Of a stretch of 64,000 nucleotides of DNA, positions 1 through 12,807 are shown piece by piece. Under the pieces are notes generated by a model. It made no database searches. It was not told where the DNA came from and saw only the letters and a list, made by a program, of their open reading frames with translations. Numbering within the stretch: position 1 is the first letter of the stretch; each line of letters begins with the position of its first letter. The DNA lies in contig OZ249446.1 in assembly GCA_965235115.1 (NCBI GenBank), forward strand, positions 2,356,001 to 2,420,000. Direction: 5' to 3'. This DNA comes from Laetmonice hystrix. Taxonomy: Eukaryota. Position numbers and translations under genes: made by a program.

Positions 1-3000
1 TCCTGAACCAGAAGGCCCTCGGATGTTTCGACCAGGAGATCCTTCTCGTTTCACCGATAGGCCTACAAAACAACATGTTTGAATGAAGTAAGAGGTGCAA
101 GTATTCATGTTTTATTGTTGGCCGCAATGGCACTTGATCAGATATGAAGAGTAAAGCAATGGCACTTGATCAGATATGGAGAGTAAAGCAATGGCACTAG
201 ATCAGATATGGAGAGTAAAGCAATGGCACTTGATCACATATGGAGAGTAAAGTAATGGCACTTGATCAGATATGGAGAGTAAAGCAATGACACTTGATCA
301 GATATGGAGAGTAAAGCAATGGCACTTGATCAGATATGGAGAGTAAAGCAATGGCACTTGATCACATATGGAGAGTAAAGCAATGGCACTTGATCACATA
401 TGGAGAGTAAAGCAATGGCAGATATGGAGAGTAAAGCAATGGCACTTGATCACATATGGAGAGTAAAGCAATGGCACTTGATCAGATATGGAGAGTAAAG
501 CAATGGCACTAGATCAGATATGGAGAGTAAAGCAATGGCACTTGATCACATATGGAGAGTAAAGCAATGGCACTTGATCACATATGGAGAGTAAAGCAAT
601 GCCACTAGATCAGATATGGAGAGTAAAGCAATGGCACTTGATCAGATATGGAGAGTAAAGCAATGGCACTTGATCAGATATGGAGAGTAAAGCAATGGCA
701 CTTGATCAGATATGGAGAGTAAAGCAATGGCACTAGATCAGATATGGAGAGTAAAGCAATGGCACTTGATCAGATATGGAGAGTAAAGCAATGGCACTTG
801 ATCAGATATGGAGAGTAAAGCAATGGCACTAGATCAGATATGGAGAGTAAAGCAATGGCACTAGATCAGATATGGAGAGTAAAGCAATGGCACTTGATCA
901 GATATGGAGAGTAAAGCAATGGCACTTGATCAGATATGGAGAGTAAAGCAATGGCACTAGATCAGATATGGAGAGTAAAGCAATGGCACTAGATCAGATA
1001 TGGAGAGTAAAGCAATGGCACTTGATCAGATATGGAGAGTAAAGCAATGGCACTTGATCAGATATGGAGAGTAAAGCAATGGCACTTGATCAGATATGGA
1101 GAGTAAAGCAATGGCACTAGATCAGATATGGAGAGTAAAGCAATGGCACTAGATCAGATATGGAGAGTAAAGCAATGGCACTTGATCAGATATGGAGAGT
1201 AAAGCAATGGCACTTGATCAGATATGGAGAGTAAAGCAATGGCACTAGATCAGATATGGAGAGTTAAGCAATGGCACTTGATCAGATATGAAGAGTAAAA
1301 TGTCGAGGTTGAGAAACGCCTGATGACGGTTGCGTCTCCCAGGGTTCCGGCACGCTCACATTCGCGCTCATTTGCTGAAATGAACGAAGATTGCCGAAAG
1401 GACTGGAATGTGAGAATGTGGTTCTTGTTCTTTCTGCGCATTGTTTTTAAATATGTTGCGCATCGCTGTCCCCGGAATAACCCGAGCCCAAGACGTCCGT
1501 GAATGTTTTGGTCCGTGAGAAGTGCGGGGGGGGGGGGGGGGGGGCGAGTCGATGAATGGTCTAAAGCTCCTAATCTTGGCCACAAGGTCTTTCACCGTTT
1601 GTTTCGAATCCATTCCTACTTTAGCCGGATGCGAGAGGTTGGCGGATTTAAATGCAACGTCTTACGCTATCTGAGTTTGTGGGGTATAGGGGAGTTTGTA
1701 TTAATTTCTTTTTGGACGACCCCCCTTAAAAAGTTATGATCAAACTTGAAAACAAACAGCCTTTGGAGAAATTTACCGATTGTGAAGAAACGTTCTTTAG
1801 GCTGTCCTTTTTTATATTCTTTTCTTTTAGATTATTGAATTCCATGTAGTCTTTATCTTTCCAGTGTCGTTAGGTCTTCCGTTTCGTGTCACTCAAGTTA
1901 TTCCTGGTTTGAAGAACCACACGGTATCCACTGTGACAAGCATAATTCAGACATTATTTTTCCGACAGTCTCATCAGGATGTGCGTTAACTGCGCCCCCT
2001 TGTGGGGCTTTCGTGGTTATTTTTTCGCCGTCGGCCACCCGCGACCCGGTCGACAATGGCAGCTCAATGGATTCCTCTATTACAGGCTGTGTCGCCGGGC
2101 CGACCGTCCGGGGGTGGCCGCCCCTTCCGAAGGGACGCAACTCGTCCACACGAAACGAGTACATAGGCCTAATTCACATCATTACGTATGCGTAGTATCA
2201 ATACAGTTATTCAACTTCTGTGACATAAAAATGATTTTCTTTAGGGCACAGTTGAAATCAATAATTATAGGCCTATACCTCAAGTTTAGGCTAATCGTAC
2301 AGCGGCCCATCTAGTTATCTTGTCTTAACCCTAGTCGCACCGGTCTGGTTGGGAGTTGCATCTTTTGTAATAAACTTCCCAATTTATAATCGAATCGGAA
2401 ACTTTTCAGCGTCTGTTTCGGTTGCCATGCCTATTCGGTCTCTGAGCGCCGGGTGCGCATGCGCCCGGAAGCTGTCGTAAAATGCTGTTAGAAGAGATGT
2501 TTTCAACATGAAACGATATGATGAAAGTATACAGTCACATTATCAAAGACTATAGTACTTTGCACGTGGAGTCAGAGAATGCTGTATGTACATGTAGATC
2601 TATACATTAATTAACAGAGAATCGCAACATCAAAGTAGGCCATATTTATGCTGTACCGCTTAAAGGGAAATGTGAGTGTTCAAAGCGCCACCTAGTGAGT
2701 CGCGTTGGTACCACTGGGGTAATGTGAGTATTCAAAGCGCCGCGTACTGAGCTTTAACAGAAAAATGTTTGGCTTTTTTTATGCAGTCAACTACTTTGAT
2801 GTGGAAATCAGTATTTTTTCAACCATGAACCAAACTGTGTGCCAGAACCTGTATACTCCATTGAATGCTATAGTTAAGACCCGTGGTTTACCAAGGCACT
2901 GACTGTTTGGCAGGCTGTAAATTTTTTTTTGATTCGGCGACCCCCAAATTTTTTTGTTTTAAACTATTAGTCCTGATCCACTTTATCTTGTCACCGAGTT

Positions 3001-5996
3001 TCAGGAGAAAATTGGTGGTCATTTTTTAACTATTAGTCAAAATGTCTGAAAAATCCTGTTTTTTTCCATTAAAACCTATAGTAAAGACCCATTTTTTACG
3101 GAGGCCTGTATAAAAAAATCTAATTCGGTGATATATGATTTTTTTTGCTTCTTTGTACTCCTACGGACAATGGCTATCCCCTATAAAAATATTTTGAAAA
3201 TTCTAGTGGTTAATCAAATTCCGTACTTTCCTTTAAGTAGGCTACAGTAAAGGTCAAATAGGCCCAGTTTTCTTGATTAAGCATGCAATTAACAAGTAAA
3301 TTAGTGTGAGCAGTGGGGAATCCTGGAAATTCAATATAGGGTATCATAAATCATGACTAGAAGGCAATAAGTCATTCTACCATGATGTGGGCCTTAGTTG
3401 TTACCGTTCATAATATACAAATATGGCACTTGGTTGAGTGCAATATGAAAATTTATGGCACGATGGCAACTGATATTGCACGACGCGAAGCGGAGTGCAA
3501 TATCAGTTTCCAGAGTGCCATAAATTTTCATATTGCACGATACCAAGTGCCATATTTGTTTTATTTTATGACTGCCGCACTTTTCCTGTCTATGCCAGGA
3601 CCCATCGACGACTGCACAGTCAGTTTAACTTTACTCCATAAGACTCTAGACAGATATCTAGACATAGGCCTACCGCTATGCTGAGCCTCAGTGAGTCAGT
3701 ACTCACAATTCTACCAGTAAATCATGATCAAAACCTTGACCAAGTAACAATCAGTCACCACATAAACTTCTCATGTCGGGAAATTGGATAGGCTACAGGG
3801 ATCCATCGTGTTCACGACTGCTTTATCTAGCTAGGCCTGGAGCTAGCCTAGACTAGAGGCACAAGATTCTGAAATCAGCCTCGCGTAGTTTCTGCTTTGC
3901 TATCATACGCTCTCACCCCTCCACGCTGTTACATTAAACTTACGTTAAGAATGCGTAAGAGCCTATTTGCACGAGGGGGTGAAAACACTTGACGGCAATG
4001 CAAAAGTAATATTGACTGGTCAATATTACTTTCTCCGTGCAATATTAGTTTTTATCTGTGATCACGTGACAGGTAACTGACCAATCAGGACAGGGAAAGT
4101 GCGGCAGCCATAAAATAAGAAGGTATGTCGTACTCTGGTCCTTCCGATCATAACCGTTCACGTGTGCTATAACAAAATAATAAAAGTCAATATCATGTAT
4201 GTTTACAATATTTCTTTCGCGTGCAGCCAGGAACCCTTGGAACCTTTCGAGAAAATCAGATTTTCTCTTCTCCTGGCGACAGGTTTCTTGTCCCGAGCCG
4301 GGGGTGTAGGTCCCACTCTTCTCCTGGCGACAGGTTTCTTGTCCCGAGCCGGGGGTGTAGGTCCCACTCTCCTGGTGACAGGTTTCTTGTCCTGAGCCGG
4401 GGATGTAGGTCACTCTCCTGGTGACAGGTTTCTTGTCCCGAGCCGGGGGTGTAGGTCCCACTCTTCTCCTGGTGACAGGTTTCTTGTCCCGAGCCGGGGG
4501 TGTAGGTAACTCTCCTGGCGACAGGTTTCTTGTCCCGAGCCGGGGGGGTAGGTCCCACTCTTCTCCTGGTGACAGGTTTCTTGTCCCGAGCCGGGGGTGT
4601 AGGTCACTCTCCTGGTGACAGGTTTCTTGTCCCGAGCCGGGGGTGTAGGTCACTCTCCTGGTGACAGGTTTCTTGTCCCGAGCCGGGGGTGTAGGTCACT
4701 CTCCTGGCGACAGGTTTCTTGTCCCGAGCCGGGGGTGTAGGTCGCACTCTTCTCCTGGCGACAGGTTTCTTGTCCCGAGCCGGGGGTGTAGGTCCCACTC
4801 TCCTGGTGACAGGTTTCTTGTCCCGAGCCGGGGGTGTAGGTCACTCTCCTGGCGACAGGTTTCTTGTCCCGAGCCGGGGGTGTAGGTAACTCTCCTGGCG
4901 ACAGGTTTCTTGTCCCGAGCCGGGGGTGTAGGTCACTCTCCTGGTGACAGGTTTCTTGTCCCGAGCCGGGGGTGTAGGTCACTCTCCTGGCGACAGGTTT
5001 CTTGTCCCGAGCCGGGGGTGTAGGTCACTCTCCTGGCGACAGGTTTCTTGTCCCGAGCCGGGGGTGTAGGTCACTCTCCTGGTGGCAGGTTTCTTGTCCC
5101 GAGCCAGGGGTGTAGGTCCCACTCTTCTCCTGGTGACAGGTTTCTTGTCCCGAGCCGGGGGTGTAGGTCCCACTCTTCTCCTGGCGACAGGTTTCTTGTC
5201 CCGAGCCGGGGGTGTAGGTCCCACTCTCCTGGTGACAGGTTTCTTGTCCCGAGCCGGGGGTGTAGGTCACTCTCCTGGTGACAGGTTTCTTGTCCCGAGC
5301 CGGGGGTGTAGGTCACTCTCCTGGTGACAGGTTTCTTGTCCCGAGCCGGGGGTGTAGGTCACTCTCCTGGCGACAGGTTTCTTGTCCCGAGCCGGGGGTG
5401 TAGGTCACTCTCCTGGCGACAGGTTTCTTGTCCCGAGCCGGGGGTGTAGGTCACTCTCCTGGTGGCAGGTTTCTTGTCCCGAGCCAGGGGTGTAGGTCCC
5501 ACTCTTCTCCTGGTGACAGGTTTCTTGTCCCGAGCCGGGGGTGTAGGTCCCACTCTTCTCCTGGCGACAGGTTTCTTGTCCCGAGCCGGGGGTGTAGGTC
5601 CCACTCTCCTGGTGACAAAACAAAATGTTGCACACTGGTGATACACTGGTGTAATTCGACCTGCCTTCCCATGCCTTGTAATAAATAGGCCTACATGTAA
5701 GCGTGTATTCGTAACACACAAATAGATAAATACTCACAATCTCTGGCCAGTTCATCGTTCAATAACCAACAATTCCTTACTCTTGCAACCTAATCCGTCG
5801 CGATATTAAGTAACCTTTTCTTCTCTCGCAAACTTGATGAAACTTATGTTATTAAAACTGAGCAAAGTCCATACAGTTATTTCCGCAAACTGGCACTTAC
5901 AGTGCCACGTCACCCCCCAAAAATTGGGGGGTTCGCGGAGCAATACAGGGACTTCCGGCACAGCTCACTTTCTGTTTGGTGTATCCACCATCATAA
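1..5996 (-). CDS. Tentative multi-exon gene running off the left end; possibly prolyl-4-hydroxylase-like 2OG-Fe(II) oxygenase
   Basis: Candidate exons 5996-5901 (ctag|..|gtaagt), 4272-4207 (gccag|..|gtaaac) and 62-<1 (tgttgtttttgtag|) join in phase 2 as YDGGYTKQKVSCAGSPCIAPRTPQFLGGDVAL-RRENLIFSKGSKGSWLHAKEIL-PIGETRRISWSKHPRAFWFR. The last part resembles the P4H LSWxPRAF motif. No start exon found; product call is weak. Confidence 0.35.
128..1300. repeat. 32-bp minisatellite, about 36 copies
   Basis: Unit GAGTAAAGCAATGGCACTTGATCAGATATGGA; period 32 read directly (181 to 213). Confidence 0.97.
2664..3232. mobile_element. Non-autonomous Kolobok-type DNA transposon, copy 1
   Basis: TTAA on both sides (2660-63, 3233-36); termini AGGGAAATG...ACTTTCCT; colinear and highly similar to 16746-17310. 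Family call rests on the TTAA target and RR..YY termini. Confidence 0.75.
3417..3559. mobile_element. 143-bp near-perfect palindromic (foldback) element, unclassified
   Basis: Arms ACAAATATGGCACTTGG..TGCAATATGAAAATTTATGGCAC and their reverse complement around a central GACGCGAAGCGGA loop. Confidence 0.7.
4262..5617. repeat. 46-51-bp minisatellite, about 29 copies
   Basis: Unit CTCCTGG(T/C)GACAGGTTTCTTGTCCCGAGCCGGGGGTGTAGGTC(CCACT)(CTT). Source of the many ORFs listed at 4045-5755. Confidence 0.97.
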
Positions 5997-6186
5997 CTAG
6001 GACGACACAGGTGATGAAAACGATCAATTGTGGTTGGTATTTATACAAATGATCTTCGTGGCTCAATGTAGTAGTTAAAATAAACACAATTTGGAAACGT
6101 TTAATCAAAGACAGTTTAAAACTCGTTGTGTTCGCAACTCCTCCCCGCCCCCGGCACCTTCAACAACAGCATTGGCGAGATGACAG

Positions 6187-6957
6187 GTGACAGGAGACTG
6201 GGATCAACAGTAAACGCTTTGTGAACTGACATCAGTCATCGACAGCTGACAGGAGACTGGGATCAACAGTAAACGCGCGTTGTAAGCTGACATCAGTCAT
6301 CGACAGCTGACAGGAGACTGGGATCAACAGTAAACGCTTTGTGAACTGACATCAGTCATCGACAGCTGACAGGAGACTGGGATCAACAGTAAACGCTTTG
6401 TGAACTGACATCAGTCATCGACAGCTGACAGGAGACTGGGATCAACAGTAAACGTGCGTTGTAAGCTGACATCAGTCATCGACAGCTGACAGGAGACTGG
6501 GATCAACAGTAAACGCTTTGTGAACTGACATCAGTCATCGACAGCTGACAGGAGACTGGGATCAACAGTAAACGCTTTGTGAACTGACATCAGTCGTCGA
6601 CAGCTGACAGGAGACTGGGATCAACAGTAAACGCGCGTTGTAAGCTGACATCAGTCATCGACAGCTGACAGGAGACTGGGATCAACAGTAAACGCTTTGT
6701 AAGCTGACATCAGTCATCGACAGCTGACAGGAGACTGGGATCAACAGTAAACGCTTTGTAAGCTGACATCAGTCATCGACAGCTGACAGGAGACTGGGAT
6801 CAACAGTAGGCCTAAACGCTTTGTAAGCTGACATCAGTCATCGACAGCTGACAGGAGACTGGGATCAACAGTAAACGCTCTGTAAGCTGACATCAGTCAT
6901 CGACAGCTGACAGGAGACTGGGGTCAGCAGTAAACGCGTTGTAAGCTGACATCAGTC
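6187..6957. repeat. 59-61-bp minisatellite, about 13 copies
   Basis: Unit TGACAGGAGACTGGGATCAACAGTAAACGCTTTGTGAACTGACATCAGTCATCGACAGC. Confidence 0.96.
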
Positions 6958-7366
6958 AATATTCATCACCCTTAGGCCTACATTAAAAAGTGCAGGAGTC
7001 ATTACTACACTAGCTTTCACTTGAAACTTGTTACAACTTCAAATTTTATTTAAACCATAACTTTTATTTATTCCGATGACGGCCGCCATTTTGGGCTACT
7101 TTTCTCCCATGCAGCTTTGCACGGTATAGGCCTACGAGTGATGATTTACGGAAATCCGAGGGAACAAGTGTGAGCAAATTCAGCCAAGTTTCTATGTACG
7201 GTTGGGAGAGAGACTGTAATACAGAGATGTGGAAATCACCAAATGATACTGATTGTTCTTCTTAACAAGAGCAACATCATAAGCATTCGGAACTACTCGG
7301 TCATTTCAGTGGGATTCGTCATTTGAGAATAAAAGAGAGTCGAAAACAAGTTCGGATTTACGACAC

Positions 7367-7372
7367 TTTATT
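7367..7372 (-). terminator. Candidate polyadenylation signal (AATAAA) of SNF8
   Basis: TTTATT on the plus strand about 300 nt downstream of the SNF8 stop codon. Confidence 0.45.
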
Positions 7373-7678
7373 GAGACGGACCACACTAAGCATGAGAGTA
7401 CTGTATTATAGATCCAAATGATGATCTTCTATATCAATGGTACGCTTCAGAAAATCCTTGAGCACTGGGCCTCAACCTAGCCAATATTTATTTACAAAGG
7501 GACGAAGTTGTTTTTTTTCAGATTGTCACCCGATCCGAGATTACCCTCCCTCGGTCTTTGCTGCAAGTGACGAACGCCAAACTCAAGACAGGGTGACCCC
7601 ATTACTTCCACATTCTGACATTGTCCCCTCCACATCGTTAGATATAGAATGTCCACTAATTATATTATCATCCAGTCA

Positions 7679-10600
7679 TCACGTGGCAGTAATGGCGTCA
7701 GGGAAGAGTCCAGGGAACCAGTACTGTTTCTCCGTACGAGCTTGGTCATCCACCCAGGCGAGTCCTTCCTTTACCATATACTCCTAAAACAACCGAAACA
7801 CGACGTCAAAGAGAGCAGAGAGAAACGGTGGGAACTGGCAGACATGTTGACAGGTATAAGCCGCAATCTTTTTTCTGATTAATTATACGAGGGAAACAAC
7901 TGCGGCTGATACACCAACGATTACGATTACGGGCTTGAGACCCTCCGTCCTGCCCCAACACCTGGTGGTGGGTTCGGGTACTATCTCCGACATCAAAATG
8001 ATTAGGTTTCCTTTTCATGACAGAGTGAAACACAACACTGATAGGCTTCCTTTATTAGTCATTACAAGTGTGCACGGCGCCTTAACTGCCACACAATGAT
8101 GAAGGTTTCAATGAGAGAAAAACCGACGATAACTATCTTAGTCCTTATGAATGTGATACCGCTGGAAATACGACACCAGCGCCCCCCCCCCCCCCCCATC
8201 ATCGTGATATCTCCACGAATTCTGGGGATAATAACTAAAAAAATCTAATACCATCCCAACTAACCCCTAATCCCGGTCCTCTGACATCCTCATATCGCAA
8301 TCTCAGCCCTACCTCTCGTCCCAAACCCTCCAATTCGTGGTTAAGTTACTATAGATTAATACCCGACTCATGTATCTGGCGGACAAACTGAACGCTGTAT
8401 CTGTAAGGAGACACGGGCGCGTATTAAAATGTAAACTGTCCCAGCCACTGTGACGCGGTCACTGGCCGCGATAAAAAAAAAACAGCTCACTCCATGACTC
8501 CTTCCGCTCAACAATTGCCAGCAACAGGCAGCTCCCCCCCCCCCCCCCCCATCATTTCCTGACTAATATGCACTCTGTTTCCATGGAAACAACTCAACAT
8601 GAAGGGAAGTCGCAAACAGGATGCTTAGATCTTATGTACACCTTTTAATATTCTCAGCATTACTTCTCTAAATCTACCACAGCAAGGCAAACGATGCGGT
8701 ATTATCAATTTCTATTCTACTCAAAATAATCTATGACAAAGTTTAAAGTTGCATCTAGGGAAGGGGAAGTTTACAACTAACCTAAGTACAAATACACACA
8801 TAGAAGGTAGGCATTGGCACCCCGAGTGGTGATACTCAATTAAAAGTAGGCCACCATGACACTGATTGAATATCCCTATGAAAAATACAAAATCAACGAA
8901 AAATATACAACAAATTTCCAGGTTTTTTTTCTGAATATAAGAAAGCTACCCTTGCCATAACAGCATGCAGCATGATTTATAAGCGAATCTAAATAATATT
9001 TTAAAGCATGTATACAGTTAGCGCCCCCTGGCTTGGACCCAATGCGTTAACCCCAGTGTCCTTAGTGGCTCCCCCTGGATGCAAACACAAACATTACATA
9101 GCGAGGCCATGAGGCATTCCATTTCAAGGCAGCGATAGTTTCTGGTTTAAACCATGTCAAATCTATGTCATCCTCTAAAAGGAAGACAACATGTTTAGGT
9201 AGCGTTCATTATTCTCACCATGGCTCGGCGAGCTCTTTCTTCTTCCCATCCTAGAGTCTTGGTGATCTGGGACATGGTCACGTAGCCGTTGCTCTGTCAA
9301 TGATCAAACAGTCACACCTCAGTTCACCTGTATGGTCACACGTGAAATATTTGGGTCACATGTTACGCTATAGCCAATATTCCCTTGACACATCCTACTT
9401 TTTCTTAGTCTTAAATCATTTCAATTCACTCCCATCAAATTGTTCCATACTTCAAAAACAAAACCCCACAAATGATAGTCTTTCGGAGATCCATCTTTAT
9501 TTGCTGTTTGCCCTGTGGTAGAACATTTAAACTGACCTCAGCCTGTTGTAAGACGGTGGTGTGGTCCATAGTTAGTTCTCCTGGGACAGACTGTACCAGG
9601 TAAGTCTCACCCACTGGGATCAGGGTAAAACCATTACCCAAAGTCTTCAACTTCTTGATGGCCATGAGAACATCAGCCCTGTCCAATCAGTAACAATCAC
9701 ATCAACATCACACAATCACATCAACAATCACATTGATCAACATTAACATATTCTAACAATCACATCAACATATTCTAACAATCACATCAACATATTCTAA
9801 CAATCACATCAACATATTCTAACAATCACATCAACATATTCTAACAATCACATCAACATATTCCAACAATCACATCAACATATTCTAACAATCACATCAA
9901 CATATTCTAACAATCACATCAACATATTCTAACAATCACAGCAACATATTCTAACAATCACAGCAACATATTCTAACAATCACATCAACATATTCTAACA
10001 ATCACATCAACATATTCTAACAATCACAGCAACATTCATTATCATTCCATAGCTAGTACCAAGACTCCCTGGACTCTTCCTTTTTTTTATATCACATTAA
10101 AATAAAGATTTTAAATATTGATTTAGCAGCCATGTAGTGTTGCCATCCTGAATAAGCAGATAAATTTGAGACGTACGTGCTGATCTCCTGAGCTTTCCTG
10201 CCCCTGGAAGCTGCGACACGCTGACGCAGCTCCTCGAGCGACATCAGACCTATAGCCAAGTATCAAGAGTTTCTTGTATCCCAGTGTCAATTTCCTTTCT
10301 TCCCATAATAAAAAGTTTCTTGTGTACAAGTATCAACAGTTTATACCTTAGTAAAAAAAACTCGACGAACACTTCAATGCATCTCTTTCTAACTTATTGC
10401 AGTTATTCACATGATATGGCTTAAAAATATCCAAGTGGTTCAAATAATAATAATAAGTGACCTACCTCCATTCCTGTGGTTGGTAGCCATACATACTTCA
10501 ATAATCTGTACACCTAATTCATAGTAAAAGTCACCCACTCCTAACATTTCTGACCAGAACCCTTTACCAGCTGAAACAAAAAGTAATGAATGTCAAAAAT

Positions 10601-11633
10601 TGTCTCCCCCTGTGAAGAGAGCTGAAATATTTTATGAGGATTAGGAATGTACATTTAAGTTAGCTACTTCTAGGGCTTTGTACTGAAAGAAATGTATGGG
10701 ATTTTATACCCTTTTTCTGTAATCAACATAAAATTAATGTATTTGTTTTATCTTATGTTATATAGATGTCTGCTTATAATTGATCAATCAGAGCACAAAA
10801 AATCTACATGTCAATCTGGGAATGGTACCAATACAAAACTGTAAAATTACAGGCAAGTGGATCAACTCCAATAGAAGCACACATATCCTGGAACTGGACG
10901 CGGAACGACGGGTTCCTTTTGATGTCATCCTTATGGTTGGTCGCAAACTCCTCCAGGAATGTCCGGAAAGATTCCAGATGTTTCGAAAGCTGTCCATAGA
11001 AATTATTTATCAAGTGAACAAAAGGTAGTATTTTCCTCTTACATTCCGTTTGGAAATGTTTCCGGTATAAAGATTTATTAATCAAATAAATAAATGCGAA
11101 ACAGCTGGCATTATGTTAACATTGCTCAAACAGCTTTAGTTTCAGAAAGCATACAAACCTGTGCTAGCTGCTCTGAGGCAATTTCACTTCCTTTGTCTTT
11201 GTACCGAGCCTAAAAAAGAAATTTCAGCATAGAAATTTGTGGCCGCCTGCCAAGACTGCCAAGAGAATTACGTTACACGTTCTTGTCCCTATCCTATTGA
11301 GTAGTATGATAATTAATATGATATCCTTCCAAGTTAGTGTCAACAACAATCACAATGTGTCAATGGTGGCTGGCAGTTGACACAAAGCGTGAGAAAGGAT
11401 CTGAACTATAAAAAGTCACAAACTAGCACCAAACTGCCCAGTAAATGGATCTCAGTCCCTCGTTAGTGATAGCCTGCCTCAGCACTCATTTTTCGCGATT
11501 TCTACATTACATTTTGTTTTAGCCTAAACTGACGCTACACTATCTACAATGGGCGATAATTGGGTATTTCAGCGCGTACCTGTGCTAGGTTTTTGTTTTT
11601 GATGGCAGCGATGCCCGGCCCTCTTCTCCTCAT
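7679..11633 (-). CDS. SNF8: ESCRT-II subunit SNF8/Vps22/EAP30, 8 coding exons, 247 aa
   Basis: Exons 11633-11580, 11209-11159, 10989-10851, 10570-10466, 10249-10177, 9678-9537, 9293-9219, 7783-7679; all GT-AG, phases consistent, 744 nt. Protein [96 protein letters not shown] matches SNF8 throughout. Confidence 0.97.
9750..10035. repeat. 22-bp minisatellite in SNF8 intron 5
   Basis: Unit ACAATCACATCAACATATTCTA, about 13 copies. Confidence 0.93.
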
Positions 11634-11965
11634 GTTCCCCGTTAGAACATACACTCTGATTAATCCTTCTGCACTGCGATCACACACCCAAGCAACCCCT
11701 CTCTATCGAGATCACCCCTCTCGGCTGGCCTGTCACTCACAGCCAACAAGGAAAACAATCAACATACACTACAGTGGCGCCCTCTGGTGTATAACAATTT
11801 AAGGTTATACTCACTGGCCGACAGAGGGCGCGATGGCTGGTGGAGGCTGACGTCCGAGGTTGCGGTGCTTTTCGTGTCGCGATTGCCTCAAGAACATAGC
11901 CTTGACTACAACATTCTCGGCGACCTGCCGGCCGAGATCTCACACTCGCGCTCCCTCGGTTTGAG
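11634..11965. promoter_or_regulatory. Putative bidirectional promoter with two CTCF-like motifs and a candidate plus-strand 5' exon
   Basis: Lies just upstream of the SNF8 ATG. CACCAGAGGGCGC on minus (about 11777-11789), CGACAGAGGGCGC on plus (about 11818-11830), and a donor TTGAG|GTAATA at 11965/6. Confidence 0.4.
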
Positions 11966-12307
11966 GTAATAACTGACCGTCTGTGAATGATAGCTTGGGC
12001 CTAATAATACACCCAACGTTATAGGGCCTAGGCTATCCACAATCCGACGTAGGCGCCTATACCGCTATAGATCTAGCCTACTGAGCCCTAGGCCTATCTC
12101 GGTACCCATATGTCTAGACTATGTACCAACAACGATATAACGATATAAATTTCAGACAATGTGTTTTCCCAATTATATCTAGGCCTATTGCTTGATTTGC
12201 TGAGCTGTCCACGTAGCCTAGGTGCATCTCCTCCCCAAATTTCATCAGGATCTAGCCTATCTCAAAAACTCACCGAGTTAATGAGTAGGCCTAGGCCTAC
12301 TGCCTTA

Positions 12308-12807
12308 AGCTGGTGCTACACTAGGCAACGCAACAAGCGATTTGCTTGCGACGACCTATTGCAGCCAACCGGGGGGGGGGGGGGGGGGGGGGATGCTGGT
12401 CGCTCGTCTCTCGCTCGTCGCATCGGCTGCTACACTTGGCGATCGAACAGGGGACCGCACACCTGCAGGTTTGCCGCCTCATTTCAACCAAAATGGCGCG
12501 AAAGGCGAATTTCGATGCGCTAGCCGCAGTCTGGTTGGTTGATCCAGTAGACACGTCATTGCGACGAGCGACGGCGATGGCTACACTATCTTGTAGCAAG
12601 CAGAAAAACGGTGCGATTCAGCTGCAACCGTCGTCGCAAAGAATGTTCATTCTTTGCGATTTCACGTTCCCACGATCGCAACGAGTTTGCGCCGGCCTTG
12701 AGATGGGCGACGGAGCCTGCTACACTATGCGATGCGACCGTGGGGACGTGAAATCTCAACGGGATCGCAACGGGATCGCAATGGAATCGCCTAGTGTAGC
12801 GCCAGCT
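12308..12807. mobile_element. PIF/Harbinger-type MITE, copy 1
   Basis: TIR AGCTGGTGCTACACTAGGC / GCCTAGTGTAGCGCCAGCT with TTA on both flanks; inverted homolog at 58470-58942. Confidence 0.85.

Noticed and set aside
1310-1350. Hammerhead ribozyme core (CTGATGA near GAAAC)
   Set aside because: Motif order and spacing do not allow the three stems.
1898-2168. 88-aa minus-strand ORF as a terminal exon
   Set aside because: The acceptor is just the ubiquitous TAGGCCTA word without a pyrimidine tract, and no homology was recognised.
4045-5755. Many overlapping ORFs (TYTPGSGQETC, LHPRLGTRNLSPGE)
   Set aside because: Translations of a minisatellite in all frames.
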